DNA of 64,000 nucleotides from Flaccisagitta enflata (Eukaryota): NCBI GenBank assembly GCA_965153355.1, contig OZ231126.1, positions 18,476,001 to 18,540,000 of the forward strand, read 5' to 3'. Shown piece by piece: positions 12,896 to 25,434 of this stretch (position 1 is its first letter; each line of letters starts with the position of its first letter). The notes under the pieces were generated by a model. It saw only the letters and a program-made list of their open reading frames with translations, ran no database searches and was not told where the DNA came from. The position numbers and the translations under genes were made by a program.

Positions 12896-15800
12896 ATGAA
12901 TCCCAACGTGGCAACCGGTCTTTGTGTGGCGCTGATAGCTTTTTACTTCGTTTGCATTGACGCAGAGGTGAGTCCATATTTTCTTATGTCGTATAATACG
13001 CGACTTATAGGCCAATACTCGGTCCGTCAGGCAGCTGGGTAAAGATAAAGTCACTAACTTCAGAACAGGGTGTTCTGAAGTTAACGACTTTACTGATTTC
13101 AAAGTTCACTTTTTAAGCAGGTAGCGTCAGGATGTGATGATATTTTTTTCTGTTTTCTCACACTAGAAAATCTTCACTCTTCCTCGTTCTTGTTAGCAAA
13201 AATGCTGCAGATGCTGGAAAAACCATTGACAAAATTTTTTTATTGATTACCTTTTCAAAAAATGACAAAATGGCGATGGATGTGGCTTGAAAAAAAATTG
13301 GGCAAAAACACTTTTTCATTTTTTTCTCAAAATACGTAATTTTCAAATTTCACCATTTTCTCAGCAAAGTTGCCCCTATAGGTGATGATGACTGCAAAAT
13401 AAAGTTGGATACTTATCTTCTCGAAATGGTACAAAATGGCGAAAAAATGTTTTGAGCGGTAAAGTCATTAATTTCAGCGATTTTACTGATTTCAGTAATT
13501 TCACTGATTTTAACAATTTTAGTCCCCATTTAGCGCGATGCCATTATAATGGTTCTGAAGTTGCTGATTTTAGCGACTCTGTTATGTCCTGAAGTCGCTG
13601 AATTAAGTGACTTCAGGACTTTAAATCCTCCATTTACAAGATGTGCCACAAGACTTAGGATTACCTGAGAAGACATGGTTTGCGGATGCCTTGAAATATT
13701 CTGGGACAAATGGAAAGTAATTCTTCACCATGATTTTGCATTGCTGCTCCTACCAAAGTACCTGAAGGGACCTTTGCATCACATCACATTGTTCACTGTT
13801 GTTTGTTTAGCCTTGTTTACTGATGAATTCTGTTTTGTAATGACAGTGAATTTCAAGTTTATTTGTGTTCAGTAGTTGGTCTCCCGCCCATTTCTAGTTT
13901 CTGGTTTGAAAATCCATACAAATGTAGTAGACAAGCAAATTTTTCCCCACTCCTGCTTGTGTGGAGAGAAATGAGAAAGATGTTTTGAAATAGTGATGAT
14001 TTATTACTACTAGGTAACCATTACCCAAATTGATTATCCCTTTGATTAACAATTAGTAGTAAAGACGTATATTCATGAAATATACAATCAAGGGCAGTTA
14101 CAAATCTAGCAGATTATTGGATTGCAATCGAAATATATGCATTTGGTCCAATACAGGTCATGGAAATGTAACAGCCGATACAGCAAATTAATAAATAAGA
14201 ATCATATTCATGAACGAACGACTAGAGGGCCAGGGGAGTTCCACGCTGGCTCCTTTCTTGCACAAAAAATTGAAAAGGACGATAGTAGAGCAGCCTTCGA
14301 CATGTAATTCGTGACAGGTTTAACCAGACCCTTTGGCTGTTTACAACATCGCCATATCAACGCTTTAATTCGTGAGCGATTTTCCTTTGTAATCTGGCCT
14401 CTGGCCGATACTTCAACAGAAAAATTAAAGACAGAAAAGTTTGCAGAGAGATCCGCAATAAGAGGAGCATATTTTTCCTCTTTATACGCGTGGCTTCTCG
14501 CTATGTTGCCATCCCAAGGACAAGTGAGTTCAAAAAGAATGAAAACCTTTTGCACTTCATTAATAATGCACAAATCCGGACGTAGTGCTGTGACTAAAAT
14601 GTGTGGAGGGATAACACCTCCATGATCCGCCGTATGACCGGGGAGGTCCGAATAGATAATAAAATCATCGCGGAGGGATGGTTGGATAATATCGATGAGC
14701 GTTAAAAGCACAGAGTTGTGGCGCCAGGTTAACCGACCCTGATCTAATGCAACGCTACAATTTGAAAGAACATGAGCAAGGGTCTGTATATTGCCACAGA
14801 AAGGATGTGCAAAAATTGGGCAGAAAATGTAAAGCTATAGTTTTCATAGTAAATATAGCTCCAGTTATATGAGATTTTTACTGAAGATAGCAATTTAGTA
14901 GTATTTTTGGGCAGTAACAAGATTTCATTTTGATTCAATTCATAGGATGCCTAATTTAGCTATGATGTCATAATTGTGATGTCCAAATTTCATAACTTTT
15001 TCCCCATCTATATGTTTCCAAGGATTACCCTTCGTTACAAGTCATTTTAAGCACCCTGAGAGGAAGGAATTTGACAGATATTTGTAGGGTTTAGTATAAA
15101 ACAAGGCCAGATACACGGCCATCAGTTGCGGACGGGTGGGCAGGGGCGGAAATGCGCGATTTACCACTTTTCGACTCGATGGTTACGGACGGACGGACCG
15201 ACGGATGGACGGACGAACCGACGGACGGACGGACGGACAAAGCCTCTTATAGAGTTGCGTGTCCGCAACTAAAAATGAACTGACTCGGGAAGTGGGCAGT
15301 TTTTGCCCCGTAGTATGGTCAATCCTGAATTACATGCAGTTTAGTGAAAGGAAAGAAAAATTCATATCTGTATTTGTTCCCCTCAAGGATTTAGGCACTA
15401 AAAAGGCTTAGTCTCTATATGCTTAATAACCATTTGCCGCCCAATCTTCAAACAAATAACTGATCTGAGGAGCAAAAAGAAAGGGGGGCGCTAATTTGGG
15501 GGGGGGCGCTAACTGGAAAAAATATGGTACTGGCAAATTATCACGAGACAAGGTTCGCAGGACATTAAAGCCGTGACCATAGGGTATACCATCTAGCTCA
15601 TAAATATATGGACAGCAGTATAAAAATCAGTATTTCACTGGATGAAATATTTGTTCAAATGAAGTAATATTTAGTCGTTATGTAGTATTTTGATCTATCA
15701 AATGCTGGTTTTGAGTTTTTATCGGATTGGTCAATGATTTTTATCACAAATTAGTGTATCCTTAGTTTTTTAATAAGCAACAAAAATTCATTGAATTATT

Positions 15801-16252
15801 TCTGGTTTCTTTTGTTGTAAGACACTTTTAGAGCAATATGTTTAATTGCAGAATTCAATTTTAGCGACATTCAAAAACTATGGTAAAATTGTGATCTAAT
15901 GAACTCAAGCAGAATGATTATGGCCAATCTGTTTGGATTAAAAAGATCATTTAGTATAGGTTGTCCTTTTGAGATTTGAACTGAAATCCTCGGAATTAGA
16001 TTTTGATAAAATGACAGTTTTTCTTCATGACGTTGTAATTTGAAAATGGATTGAGCTACTAAACTTAACTTGTTCTTGAATGAAAGATTTTTTGTCAGAC
16101 CAATTTTGAAGACCAAACGGCACAGGATCTCAAATGGAACAAGAAAATTGTGAAGCTGGTCAACAATTTATAATGGGTCCTTAATTATCTTTCGCTCAAC
16201 TCAACCATAGTTTTTCAATAAATTGAGCATCTTGACCGTTGTTGTTGTTGTT

Positions 16253-16300
<48 letters not shown>

Positions 16301-19300
16301 ATTGTTGTTGTTATTGTTATTGCTGTTGTTGTCCAAAAAAGGGATATATCTAATGCTGAAAAAAACAACTCAATATTTCATTGATAGACTTCTTGAAGAA
16401 TAATCAAGATCACCAATAGTAGCTTTTACAGTGGAAGGACTCATAAAAGCCTAAGAAAAGCGAGTAGTGGATAAGATTAATTGACTTTACCTTAGTGGAT
16501 TTGTTCTAAGGGAGATATGGGGTGATCACTGCAAATCTGGACCAAAGTGTGAATTTTTTTTTTTTTACAACACCCTTTTTAGGTGTATAAATGATCCAGA
16601 CGGGGTGCTGAAAAATTTGGGCCCATTTGGAGTCCCAAGGGGCCCCCAAATTGGCTCGTACAGAAAATATGTTTTTAAAAAGTGTCTTCAAAAGGGGGTT
16701 TAAATCGACTAGAAATGAGCTAATTAGCTTAGATCCAAAATCTTGTAGAAATCTTTTTTTTCAAAAAATTGACCAAGAAATTTTTCTGAAAAATGATCTT
16801 CAAAAGGGGGGTCGAATTGATTGGAAATGACCTCATTTACCTAATGCAAAATCCTGTGGAGAGTTTTTTTAGTTGCGGACACGCAACTCTATAAGAGGCT
16901 TTGTCCGTCCGTTGGTCGGTTGGTCTGTGGTGATCGAGTTGAAAAGTGGGAAAATGCGGATTTCTGCCCCTGCCCACCCTTCTGCAACTGATGGCCGTGT
17001 ATCCGTTGAGTTCATTAGATCACAATTTTACCATATTTACCATATTTTTTGAATGTTGCAAAAATTGAATGCTGCAATTAAACATATTGCTCCAAACCAG
17101 AAATAATTCAATGAATTTTTGTTGCTTATTTAAAAACTAAGGATACACTAATTTGTGTTAAAAATCATTGACCAATCCGATAAAAACTCAAAACCAGCAC
17201 TTGATAGATCAAAATACTACATAATGACTAAATATTACTTCATTTGAAACTATATCTTTACATTTTCTGCCTAATTTTTGCACATGTAATATCAATTGTT
17301 AATCAAAAGGATAATCAATTTGGGTAGTGGTTACCTAGTAGTAAAAAATCATCACTATTTCAAAACATCTTTCTTATTTCTTTCCACACAAGCAGGAGTG
17401 GGGAAAAATTTGCTTGTCTACTACGTTTATATGGATTTTCAAACCAGAAACTAGAAATTGGCGGGAGACCAACTACTGAACACAAATAAACTTGAAATTC
17501 ACTGTCATTACAAAACAGAATTCATCAGTAAACAAGGCTAAACAAACAACAGTGGACAATGTGATGTGATGCAAAGGTCCCTTCAGGTACTTTGGTAGGA
17601 GCAGCAAAGCATAATCATGGTGAAGAATTACTTCTATTTGTCCCAGAATATTTCAAGGCATCCTCAAACCATGTCTTCTCAGGTAATCCTAAGTCTTGTG
17701 GCACATCTTGTAAATGGAGGATTTAAAGTCCTGAAGTCACTAAACAGCGACTTCAGGACATAACAGAGTCACTAAAATCAGCAACTTCAGAACCAATACA
17801 ATGGCATCGCGCTAAATGGGGACTAAAATTGTTAAAATCAGTGAAATTACTGAAATCAGTAAAATCGCTGAAATTAACGACTTTACCGCTCAAAACATTT
17901 TTTCGCCATTTTGCACCATTTCGAGAAGATAAGTATCCGATTTTATTTTGCAGTCATCAACATCACCTATAGGGGCAACTTTGCTGAGAAAATGGTGAAA
18001 TTTGAAAAAGACGTATTTTGAGAAAAAAATGAAAAAAAGTTTTTGCTCAATTTTTTTTCAAGCCACATCCATCGCCATTTTGTCATTTTTTGAAAAGGTA
18101 ATCAATAAAAAAATTTTGTCAATGGTTTTTCCAGCATCTGCAGCATTTTTGCTAACAAGAATGAGGAAGAGTGAAGATTTTCTAGTGTGAGAAAACAGAA
18201 AAAAATGTCATCACATCCTGACGCTACCTGCTTAAAAAGTGAACTTTGTAATCAGTAAAGTCGTTAACTTCAGAACACCCTGTTCTGAAGTTAGTGACTT
18301 TATCTTTACCCAGCTGTCAGGCAGTCAAAGTTCTTTGAGAGCGTTTTTATTGGCTGTTTGAATTGCACCGTACTATCTTCTTAAAAGAGAGGAAGTAATT
18401 CAAGAATAGCATACTTTCAGCGATATAGTTGCCATGCTTTTAATGATCAAATGAAAAAAAAAGAATAATAAGGCCAGTGTACTGCTGAACAAGAGTGAAT
18501 TTCCTGATGTTCTTAAAATGTGTGTTCTAGTAAGTAAGAGAGCCTTAGATAACCAAATTGGTTCGTTGAGGTCTGATGGACTAATTTAACGCATAGAGAG
18601 CAGATTTGAAATCTTAAAGGCAGATTTGAGGCAAAGAGAGTTGAATTCAAGCTCATAGGATTCATTTGAAGCTTAAAGGGCTAATTTTTTAACCTAGAGG
18701 AGCGGATAATAAGGCTAGGAAGGCAGAAGTCAGGTCTAAGAGTACAGGAGCTGATCTGAAGCCTAAATAACCAATGGGAAGGAGACAAAAAGAAGTTCAC
18801 TCTTGTGTTCTACAGGACATTTGCCATTTTGGGCAACTGCCCAAAAACGGTTCCACGAGAAAAAACAAGACTTGTTCTTCCGATGGAAACCTTTCTATTT
18901 GAATGATAGCACCTACTCAGTGCTCACCCGCACGCATCTCAAGTCGCCGAGTGTCCGGCCTTGTCCTGGCTACGTAGTCCAACAAGGACTTCTCAATCCA
19001 ACCACTCTCTTCCACTCTAGACCCGGGATGTCAGAATCGAAAGAACCGGAGTAAGAAGCCGAAGAAGCGTTTTACAAATAGAAAGAAGGTAAGACTTTTT
19101 CAGATGCATGCAAACTGCAGCAAATTCACAAACCGCAGTGAGACTAATCTGTAGCTGTTTCAATGTTCATCTGAAAAAATCTGTTGGCTCTGATAGGTAG
19201 AACTTCCACCCTTGATTCAGGTTTCTTTCAATCCAAAGAAGATTCCATCAATTCTATCAAATGGTAGAAAAGACTCCATTTAAAACATTTCACGTGTCCA

Positions 19301-21183
19301 GGTAAGTCGGACATATTCCGATGAATACATGTAATTCGATGGTGTTCCGATGACATTCAGCCTATTAAGGGCTAAGGCTAGCTACTAGTATAGTAGCTAC
19401 AACTCGACTAAAAAAAAAGCCGCACTTTTAAAAGGCAAATTGTCACATTGAATTTCAAAACGATTAAATAAAATCATAGACCGTTAGAAAGCTCTTGAAA
19501 AGATCTTTTATTTGGCTCCAATCTGACAATTTTAGCTTCATTCGTTTAGAAATGGCAAAAGAAAAAGACATCATGTACCATATCTTGACACTCTTGTCCC
19601 GTCACTTTTTTGCATCATTTTTTTCCATAAGATTATCCATTCATGACCAAAAATCTGTTTTGACATGTGCTATGTGAGCAAAATCACAGAAAAGAGTAAG
19701 AATTGTTTTGAAGAGGTATCTTTACTGGATTATTACTGACACAGTTTATATAATATGGTCAAATTTTTTTTGAAGGGCTGTTAATATCTATCTGACACTA
19801 ATATGAAACTTTTTTGCCGCATCAATTTTTGCATTTTCGATGTGTTTATCAGGTTCTTTTTAAAAGATGTCAGCTGACAATTGAATTTCGAAAAAAGGAG
19901 ATTTTTTTTGAAAAATTCATTTTGGGTACTTCCCATTGGAGTAAAATCATGAAATTTGAACAGTAGTCAAATGAACCACTAAACCTTTAGAATTCAAATT
20001 TTGTAACAATTAGTTGATTTTAAGTATCAATTTTGTAAGTTTTTCTATTCTAAATTGTGAAATTTGATTTTTCTGAAAAAAACATTTTTCCTCCCCTAAA
20101 CAACAAATCTTGAACACATGAATATTTTGCATTTTTAAAAACATCAGACCCGAGATAATGTAATGTAATTTGCCAGTGTCTGATGTTTTTGTTTTTTCCA
20201 ATTTTATAATTTTTATGCAAATTTGGTATTTAGGGTGCACCTATGTCAGATTCAACAAAAATGTGAAAAAAGGATATTTTTTTATTAGAGTTTTAAATGG
20301 GGAACTTTCTGTTAAAGAAAAGTCATGAAATTTTTATGGTTGTTAAATGAAGCACCAACCCACCTGCATGTCAGACAATTTATAGTATCGATTTAGGAAA
20401 TTTTTTATATAAACTTTTGAAATTTATGAAATTAGTCATTTTCAAAAAAAAAATCACTAATTCTTTTTTTTGATGAGATTTTGCATCAATTTTTTTGTAT
20501 TAACCACCCAAAGTGACATATACTATCAGGTGAATCATTTGTTTTTGGTAAAAACAAGGCCGGATACACGGCTACCCCAGTCACGTGCCGGTGGGCAGGG
20601 GCCATAATTGAGGTCAGTGGAACATTTGGGCAGGAGCAATAAGGCCAAAACCCCCATTAACGCCAAAAAAGTGGTGACGGACGGACCGACGTACCAACGG
20701 ACGCACCGATAAAGCGGGGTGTAGAGTCGCGTAGCACGCGACTGGAAATGAAGATTTTTTTGCTCCTGGCGAAACTGAAGTGTCACGATAATTTTCAATG
20801 TGTCATAAGTAGAAACATTGTCATTATCAGTTTGCAATCCCATTGAAAAATGAGCATTTTTACAATTTTGAAGATAACTTTGACTAGCTCTAGCTCCTCA
20901 GAAAATTTGAAAATCTTTAAAATCACTTTAATAAAAAGATGTTCAAATGATTTTTTTTTTATTCATCAACTCAAAATAGGGTGCGGTTTTTTTTTAGTCG
21001 ATTAGTACTCAGCGGCGTATGGGAGCCAAAGTCTTAGGAGTAGCCACCCTCATTTTGTGTCTCAACGAATGCGTCTCAGTAAAAACAAATTGGTGAAAAT
21101 TCTATGTGTATCTTTAGAAAACCATATTGATTTATTTGAAGATAACTTTCATTTATTCAATTGAACAAAATTATATATTATAA

Positions 21184-21243
<60 letters not shown>

Positions 21244-22045
21244 TAAAACGTTCCTCAAGAAGATAAATTTTACATAAAAAAGTATGATATTGATATATTA
21301 CATCAATACGAACAAATTCTTTTAGTACCACCAATATCATGATCATTGAATTTATAAGATTTGTGTCCAAACAGTCCACCACGGACAGGTTTCCCCGCTC
21401 CATCCAGAGTTATCTATGAATTTAGAATATGAGATAAGTTATGTAACTTATGTTACTTAATGTAAGACAACGACGTGTACACACATACGTAAACTCGTAA
21501 AGATTATTCCATGGTAAGGCACTCATTGAGAAAAGAATTTGCACGCAGGTTGGGTTTTGCGAAAAACAGTACATATTCCAAAAAACCGATAAAATCTATA
21601 TTGTAATACTGACAGCAAGACTATTGATTCAATGATAAATTTTCTTTTCAGCTTGAACAACTTCAAGAACAAGCTCCGATATTTCAACAATATGATGGAA
21701 GCTCTCACAAAAATGACCTGGACAGTCACTGGACAAAACATAATAGGTATATATATCATACCGTTGACTTTGGTCCAACTTACTGTTCATGAACAAAATA
21801 TTGTTTGCAACAATCAGATGTTGAAATAACAGCCCGCTGTAATGAACAAAATCTTGTTTGGAATAACTGGTTGTTTGAATTACAGCCGGCTGTAATACTC
21901 CAATTTTGTAAGATTACAGCCGGCTGTAACTTCAACCACCAGTTGTTGCGTACAATATTTTGCTTAAAAACAGTAAGTTGGATCAAAGTCAACGGTATGA
22001 TATATATACCTATTATGTTTTGTCTTCGGACTGTGGAAGTGCTAA
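12896..22045 (+). CDS. Small predicted secreted precursor (99 aa with MITE removed); exons 12896-12967, 19021-19088, 19221-19301, 21652-21722 [MITE] 22038-22045
   Basis: Signal-peptide-like MNPNVATGLCVALIAFYFVCIDA|E, an RSRR furin site, strong donors (GTGAGT, GTAAGA, GTAAGT), compatible phases 0/2/2, and AATAAA immediately after the stop. Confidence 0.55.
14055..14804 (-). mobile_element. 5'-truncated non-LTR retrotransposon (Hero-like, restriction-like endonuclease)
   Basis: Open frame 14804-14208: PFCGNIQTLAHVLSNC (truncated CCHC knuckle), QGRLTWRHNSVL, LRPD, ELTCPW, KEEKY, VEVSARG. Short 3' UTR ending in TACTACT. Confidence 0.85.
16238..16331. repeat. (TTG)n microsatellite
   Basis: Read directly from the sequence. 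Confidence 0.95.
19398..21007. mobile_element. Non-autonomous DNA element (about 1.6 kb) with about 28-bp TIRs
   Basis: TACAACTCGACTAAAAAAAAAGCCGCAC ... GTGCGGTTTTTTTTTAGTCGATTAGTA. Contains a DINE-like copy. Confidence 0.7.
21723..22033. mobile_element. 311-bp foldback MITE inside a predicted coding exon
   Basis: TIRs CAGTC(N4)GACAAAACATAATAGGTATATATATCATACCGTTGAC..., flanked by the 4-bp direct repeat TGGA (21719-21722 and 22034-22037). Confidence 0.85.
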
Positions 22046-22334
22046 AATAAAACGAGTGAATAACCGCCATTGCTTATCACTGTATAATAAAAAGAATGTT
22101 CAGCGAAAGAAACACCTATACATTCTTTGGGTGAAATTGAGGGCGCCGTGAGGATGAAATTGCTAAGTGTTAAGAACCAGACGTCACAAAAGGACTATGG
22201 GTACTGGGGAGCGACGATTGTTTTTGCCTCTCCACCTTGGGGGCTACATTCCGATTCTATCATTCTCCTTGTCAAGAATGTGCTGCGCGTCTCAGCTCGA
22301 TTTTTATATCCTTAGAATTAAGTGTCACACCACA

Positions 22335-24350
22335 CAAGGCCATGTTATCATTAGCAATAAGTAGAAACAAACGTCACAAAAGAGAAAGGCCATGTTATCA
22401 TTAGCAATAAGTAGAAACAAACGTCACAAAAGAGAAAGGCCATTTTATCATTAGCAATAAGTAGAAACAAACGAGAGAAAGGCCATGTTATCATTAGCAA
22501 TAAGTAGAAACAAACGTCACAAAAGAGAAAGGCCATGTTATCATTAGCAATAAGTAGAAACAAACGTCACAAAAGAGAAAGGCCATGTTATCATTAGCAA
22601 TAAGTAGAAACAAACGTCACAAAAGAGAAAGGCCATGTTATCATTAGCAATAAGTAGAAACAAACGTCACAAAAGAGAAAGGCCATGTTATCATTAGCAA
22701 TAAGTAGAAACAAACGTCACAAAAGAGAAAGGCCATGTTATCATTAGCAATAAATAGAAACAAACGTCACAAAAGAGAAAGGCCATGTTATCATTAGCAA
22801 TAAGTAGAAACAAACGTCACAAAAGAGAAAGGCCATGTTATCATTAGCAATAAGTAGAAACAAACGTCACAAAAAAGAAAGGATATTTCATCATTAGCAA
22901 TAAGTAGAAACAAACGTCACAAAAGAGAAAGGCCATGTTATCATTAGCAATAAGTAGAAACAAACGTCACAAAAAGAGAAAGGCCATGTTATCATTAGCA
23001 ATAAGTAGAAACAAACGTCACAAAAGAGAAAGGCCATGTTATCATTAGCAATAAGTAGAAACAAACGTCACAAAAGAGAAAGGCCAAGTTATCATTAGCA
23101 ATAGGTAAAAACAAACGTCACAAAAGAGAAAGGCCATGTTATCATTAGCAATAAGTAGAAACAAACGTCACAAAAGAGAAAGGCCATGTTATCATTAGCA
23201 ATAAGTAGAAACAAACGTCACAAAAGAGAAAGGCCATGTTATCATTAGCAATAAGCCGAAACAAACGTAACAAAAAAGAAAGACCATGTTATTATTAGCA
23301 ATAAGTAGAAACAAACGTCACAAAAGAGAAAGGCCATGATATCATTAGCAATAAATAGAAACAAACGTCACAAAAGAGAAAGGCCATGTTATCATTAGCA
23401 AAAAGTAGAAACAAACGTCACAAAAGAGAAAGGCCAAGTTATCATTAGCAATAAGTAAAAACAAGCGTCACAAAAGAGAAAGGCCATGTTATCATTAGCA
23501 ATAAGTAGAAACAAACGTCACAAAAGAAAAAGACCATGTATCATTAGCAATAGTAGAAACAAACGTCACAAAAGAAAGACCATGTTATCATTAGCAACAA
23601 GTAGAAACAAACGTCACAAAAGAAAAGGCCATGTAATCATTAGCAATAAGTAGAAACAAACGTCAAAAAGAAAGGCCACGTTATCATTTGCCCTAAGTAA
23701 ACAAATGTCACAAAAGAGAAAGGCTATGTTATCATTAATAAGTAGAAACAAATGTCTACAAAAAGAAAGGCCATGATCATTGTATGAAGTGAAACAAACG
23801 TCACAAAAGAGAAAGGCCTATTGTTGTCATGGCAATAAGTAAACAAATGTCAGAGAGAAAGGCCATGACAATGTCAATAAGCAGAAACAAATGTCACAAA
23901 AGAAAAGGCCATGTTATCATTAGCAATAAGTAGAAACAAACGTCACAAAAAGAAAGCCATGTTATCATTAGCAATAAGTAGAAACAAACGTCACAAAAGA
24001 AAAGTCATGTTATCATTCAGCAATAAGTGAAACAAACGTCACAAAAGAGAAAGGCCATGTTATCATTAGCAATAAGTAGAAACAAACGTCACAAAAAGAA
24101 AAGTATGTTATTATTAGCAATAAGTAGAAACAAATGTCACAAAGAAAAGCCATGTTATCATTAGCAATAAGTAAGAAACAAATGTCACAAAAGAAAAAGG
24201 CCATGTTATCATTAGCAGTAAGTGGAAAAACGTCACAAAGAGAAAAGTCAATGTTATCATTAGCAATAAGTAGAAACAAACGTCACAAAAGAGAAAGGCT
24301 ATGTTATCATTAGCAATAAGTAGAAACAAATGTCACAAAAAAGAAAGGTA
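22335..24350. repeat. 50-bp tandem satellite, about 40 copies
   Basis: Unit AGGCCATGTTATCATTAGCAATAAGTAGAAACAAACGTCACAAAAGAGAA. Homogeneous to about 23500, indel-rich after that. Confidence 0.95.
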
Positions 24351-24529
24351 AAGACAGATGTCATGAAGCAAAACAAATGTCACAATAAGTTAATGGAGAT
24401 TGCACTGTTGTAGTCGCGGCATGCTTAAGTGCAGATAAACGGCAGAGTGGAACACATGAGTGGAAACAAATGTCACAAAAGCTGAGTACACGGATAAATA
24501 AGTCCTGTGTGGGTGGGCAGGGTTTGTGA

Positions 24530-24614
24530 ACAACAACTACTGCCATCGCCAAATATGTGCATCTGAATCAGATGATCTGATTGTCTCTTATTGAGACATT
24601 CTGATTGACTGAAT

Positions 24615-24685
<71 letters not shown>

Positions 24686-25377
24686 GGGAGAGACCAGTGA
24701 CAAGAGGGGCTAGCGGGGTAGGAATTGATATTGAGTCCTTTTTGCTCTTTGGTGAATCTACCCCTTCAATTTTCACAGAAGCCCTTTATATATGTATATA
24801 TGTATATATTAAGAGGGTTTTGAAGAATATGAGCAGCCTTCAGAGCAGATAAAGAAAACATGCTCAACATGTATTCTGACCCCGCTAGCCCCTCTTGTCA
24901 CTGGTCTCTTCCTTATTGTGAACCATTTAGTCATTCAGTATGACTCAATCTGAGTCACTAAGATGTAAGTACTTGACTATACTTCTGATTGACTGAACAT
25001 GTCCTTTGTCAATGGTATTAAATCATGAGTCAGTCCCATTCAATGAATCATAATCAAATGTCTCAGTAGGTAAAGAGAGGCATCACAAAGGGTTAAAGCA
25101 AATGTCATAATGAGTAAACACAAATGTCACGATAGGTGAAGACAAATGCCAACTCTTCAACTCAATCACCATGGCCCTACCCAAATAACATGTGAACTGC
25201 AACCACAGCCATGTCCAAATATGCACAACTGATTGTCTTGAATTAAGTCTTACTGAGTGACTGAACGGTCTCTCTGTCTCTCTCTATCTTTGAACTTGTG
25301 AACCATAATCACTGCCAGTGCCAAACATGTGCATCTAAATGTCTCTGATTGAGACATTCTAATTGACTGACTGGGGC

Positions 25378-25434
<57 letters not shown>

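Larger units (their letters stand above)
13032..18316. mobile_element. Large foldback DNA transposon (5.3 kb) with TIRs over 1 kb
   Basis: 13032-14054 is near-identical to the reverse complement of about 17294-18316. Patchy homology continues inward (15653-15909 vs 17006-17250). Direct repeat GTCAGGCAG overlaps both ends. Confidence 0.9.

Noticed and set aside
14208..14711. Host gene or stand-alone nuclease
   Set aside because: It is intronless, lacks a start codon, and is truncated within the zinc knuckle, consistent with a LINE 3' fragment.
22335..24350. CRISPR-like regular array
   Set aside because: Head-to-tail 50-bp units with no unique spacers, no cas genes, and a eukaryotic context.
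23520..24350. Apparent age gradient in the 50-bp array
   Set aside because: The dense 1-2-bp indels could equally be consensus sequencing error; this cannot be distinguished without reads.
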